The notes below the pieces were generated by a model. That model was not told the origin of the DNA. It saw only the letters and a program-made list of their open reading frames with translations, and did not search any database. The position numbers and the translations under genes are program-made. A DNA stretch of 61,282 nucleotides, filler included. It is 5 parts of 5 records of this genome, joined end to end, with 100 filler letters (N's around TTAATTAATTAA, not from the genome) between each part and the next. Parts side by side here need not be neighbours in the genome. Positions count along the whole stretch, not along the records: positions 44,901 to 61,282 come from SRR31156797_22216; 4 more parts are not named here. One strand, written 5' to 3'. Each line of letters starts with the position of its first letter. The stretch's first letter is position 1. Below, in pieces: positions 59,565 to 61,282 of the stretch.

Positions 59565-59664
59565 AACAATCTCCTTATTTTCAATACTTAAGCAAAAGTC
59601 ATAAACGGCAGCCCTTCCCTCCGCAACATGTGGAGTACAGAGAGAAGGTGCCTGCAATTGTTAC

Positions 59665-60984
59665 TTAGAAAGCAGCAAATACACGGAACCATGTAACGCT
59701 TACGGGGTCTGCGTCATAAGTTACATATTTACCGTTAGCGTCCTGGTTTCCTGTTGAAACGCTATCGATCATAGCTACAGAGTAACCACCGCTAAGTGTT
59801 ATGATTTTTGAAAGTTTGTAAGAAATTGTCAGGTCAGCCTCGAGAGCTGTTGTGTCCTTTGTCCATGTTTTGATAGCGTTAAAAGGTCTACCATACGCAA
59901 TCGCTACATCATCATCAGTTATGTTACTTCTGTAGTAAGCTACCGAAGGTTTAAAAGTGAGTTTTTTACCAGCTGGAGCTTCAGCGTAAACACGGAATGA
60001 TGTAGAAGCAGGAACACCTCTGTTATCCCCCATGATATCATCCATAATTCTCATTCTGTCGAGGTCTCCACCAACAGAGAAGAAACCGTCTTCTTTGTCA
60101 TAGCTGGAATACTCAGCCTCAAGACCAAACTTAGCAAAGTCAGCTTGATATGTAACATCAGCGTAAGCACCATATGCTTTCACATCTTCGCTGTTGAGCT
60201 TCATGTAGACGCCTTGATTATCATAAGCTTTACCACCAACGTAAGCTGTTGAAAATGTTGAGGAAAGTTTATCCGTGATATCGAACTCAGCACTAAGATA
60301 TGTACCGTAGATACTTGACTTGTCGTCATTAGTTACATCAGCGCCGTATGTAGAATAATAAGAACCGTAAGCGTGAAGGTTAAGACCTTCGAGAGTTATA
60401 TCTGTACCTGCGATGAGAGCATCAGAGTCTCTGTTATGATCTACATCGTAGAACATGTCATCATCATCTGTCTCAAATGTTTTTTCATATTGAGCCCAAA
60501 GCTTGATAGGGCCTTTTACATATTCAGCTCTTGCACCACTTCTTGCACCAAACTCAGTAAATCCACCGTTATACCAGCCCTGCGCCCACCCTTTGACGGA
60601 GTAGTTAGCTGCAGTCATAAAGCCAACATGAAGAGTAAGATCTTCTGTCGCTCTGTATCTAAGCCATGCACGACCAAGAATAGCTGTACCTTTGATGACA
60701 CCGCCACTGTTGTGCTGATATGCGTTACCCCATCTGTGGTTGATAGGTGTTGTACGCATAATGATTGTTGTGTCGTCATCCATATCAAGATAAGCCCAGA
60801 TACGAAGCTGTTGTTTGATATAACTAGCATCTTTTGTTGATACTGTTCCTCCATCCCCTACTGTGCTGTTTCCGATGAAACGGAACTCAGTATCATCGTA
60901 ACCAGTCAGAGTGAGTTTGTAGGCAAATGCCATATTTGTCACACAGGCCAGAATTACAATTATTCCTAACAGTTTTCTAATCAT
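59665..60984 (-). CDS. Outer-membrane porin-like beta-barrel protein
   Basis: Signal peptide (MAFA), alternating aromatic beta pattern, C-terminal Phe. Confidence 0.72.
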   Translation of the reverse strand: MIRKLLGIIVILACVTNMAFAYKLTLTGYDDTEFRFIGNSTVGDGGTVSTKDASYIKQQLRIWAYLDMDDDTTIIMRTTPINHRWGNAYQHNSGGVIKGTAILGRAWLRYRATEDLTLHVGFMTAANYSVKGWAQGWYNGGFTEFGARSGARAEYVKGPIKLWAQYEKTFETDDDDMFYDVDHNRDSDALIAGTDITLEGLNLHAYGSYYSTYGADVTNDDKSSIYGTYLSAEFDITDKLSSTFSTAYVGGKAYDNQGVYMKLNSEDVKAYGAYADVTYQADFAKFGLEAEYSSYDKEDGFFSVGGDLDRMRIMDDIMGDNRGVPASTSFRVYAEAPAGKKLTFKPSVAYYRSNITDDDVAIAYGRPFNAIKTWTKDTTALEADLTISYKLSKIITLSGGYSVAMIDSVSTGNQDANGKYVTYDADPVSVTWFRVFAAF

Positions 60985-61017
60985 TATAACCTCCGAAAAT
61001 TAGAATGAACTGTAAGG

Positions 61018-61033
61018 AGCAACGGTAATGCCA
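61018..61033 (-). promoter_or_regulatory. sigma54 -24/-12 promoter
   Basis: Minus strand TGGCATTACCGTTGCT = consensus GG-N10-GC, 33 bp upstream of the porin ATG. Confidence 0.85.
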
Positions 61034-61154
61034 TACTTCTCCACAAAAACTTACAAATACTTACAAAGATATAAAGCACTATTAATAAAAATGATTTTAA
61101 ATGGTCTCTCCTCATGAGAGCAAGAAATGTTCAATTTAAGTTTTACAGATTGAT

Positions 61155-61189
61155 TAAACACAATGTTCAGATTGAACAGAGTTGAACAC
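61155..61189. promoter_or_regulatory. Putative EBP enhancer
   Basis: AAACAC-A-ATGTTC, TGTTCA-GAT-TGAACA and TGAACAC: the same half-sites as at 51011-51036. Confidence 0.6.
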
Positions 61190-61282
61190 TCTAAAAATAC
61201 TAATTCCCTCTTATTGAATCGCAACTGAATAGTCCTAAGATAGTTGTAGTGAATAACTCAGAAGTCTCTACAAAACTAGGGG

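Noticed and set aside
44901-60984. Calling the cluster the carnitine (cai) or bile-acid (bai) operon
   Set aside because: No CaiT/CaiE/CaiF or BaiA/BaiE is visible, and the ACAD looks more like YdiO; the substrate cannot be assigned

Overview
The window is not one locus. It is five unrelated contigs joined by four artificial 100-nt linkers (N44-TTAATTAATTAA-N44 at 13425-13524, 23324-23423, 28771-28870 and 44801-44900). Taxonomic labels below are inferred from gene style and base composition. (1) 1-13424, Desulfobacterota-like lipid/acyl-CoA catabolism: acyl-CoA ligase, crotonase plus MarR with shared operators, an ODP-like di-iron protein paired with a PP2C phosphatase, two tandem sphingosine-1-phosphate-lyase-like PLP enzymes, a double-HTH MerR, and a TetR-controlled two-subunit B12 acyl-CoA mutase whose specificity residues are not those of methylmalonyl-CoA mutase. 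(2) 13525-23323, AT-rich Bacteroidota: 5' end of prfB, OpgC-like acyltransferase with a membrane LytTR and 20-bp-phased repeats, recX, a PadR/membrane protein/ABC module, a T9SS cargo protein and asd. (3) 23424-28770, chemosensory operon cheB-mcp-cheW-cheY-cheA, with a very long MCP and His-less pseudo-HPt repeats. (4) 28871-44800: an attC-bounded PAS gene (integron-type cassette), an SGNH pseudogene, then a sigma54-activated amine/amino-acid catabolic cluster (saccharopine/lysine dehydrogenase-like, Liv ABC, QueG-like Fe-S protein, Fe-ADH, ALDH, Pot-type ABC). (5) 44901-61282: a sigma54 regulon with two consensus -24/-12 promoters and a shared enhancer motif, encoding a porin, CaiB-type CoA transferase, two MFS transporters, a CoA ligase, a TIGR03084-type protein, an atypical FadH-like reductase, a crotonase, a YdiO/CaiA-like dehydrogenase and FixAB, for an unknown acyl substrate. 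No rRNA, tRNA, CRISPR array or transposase was recognised.
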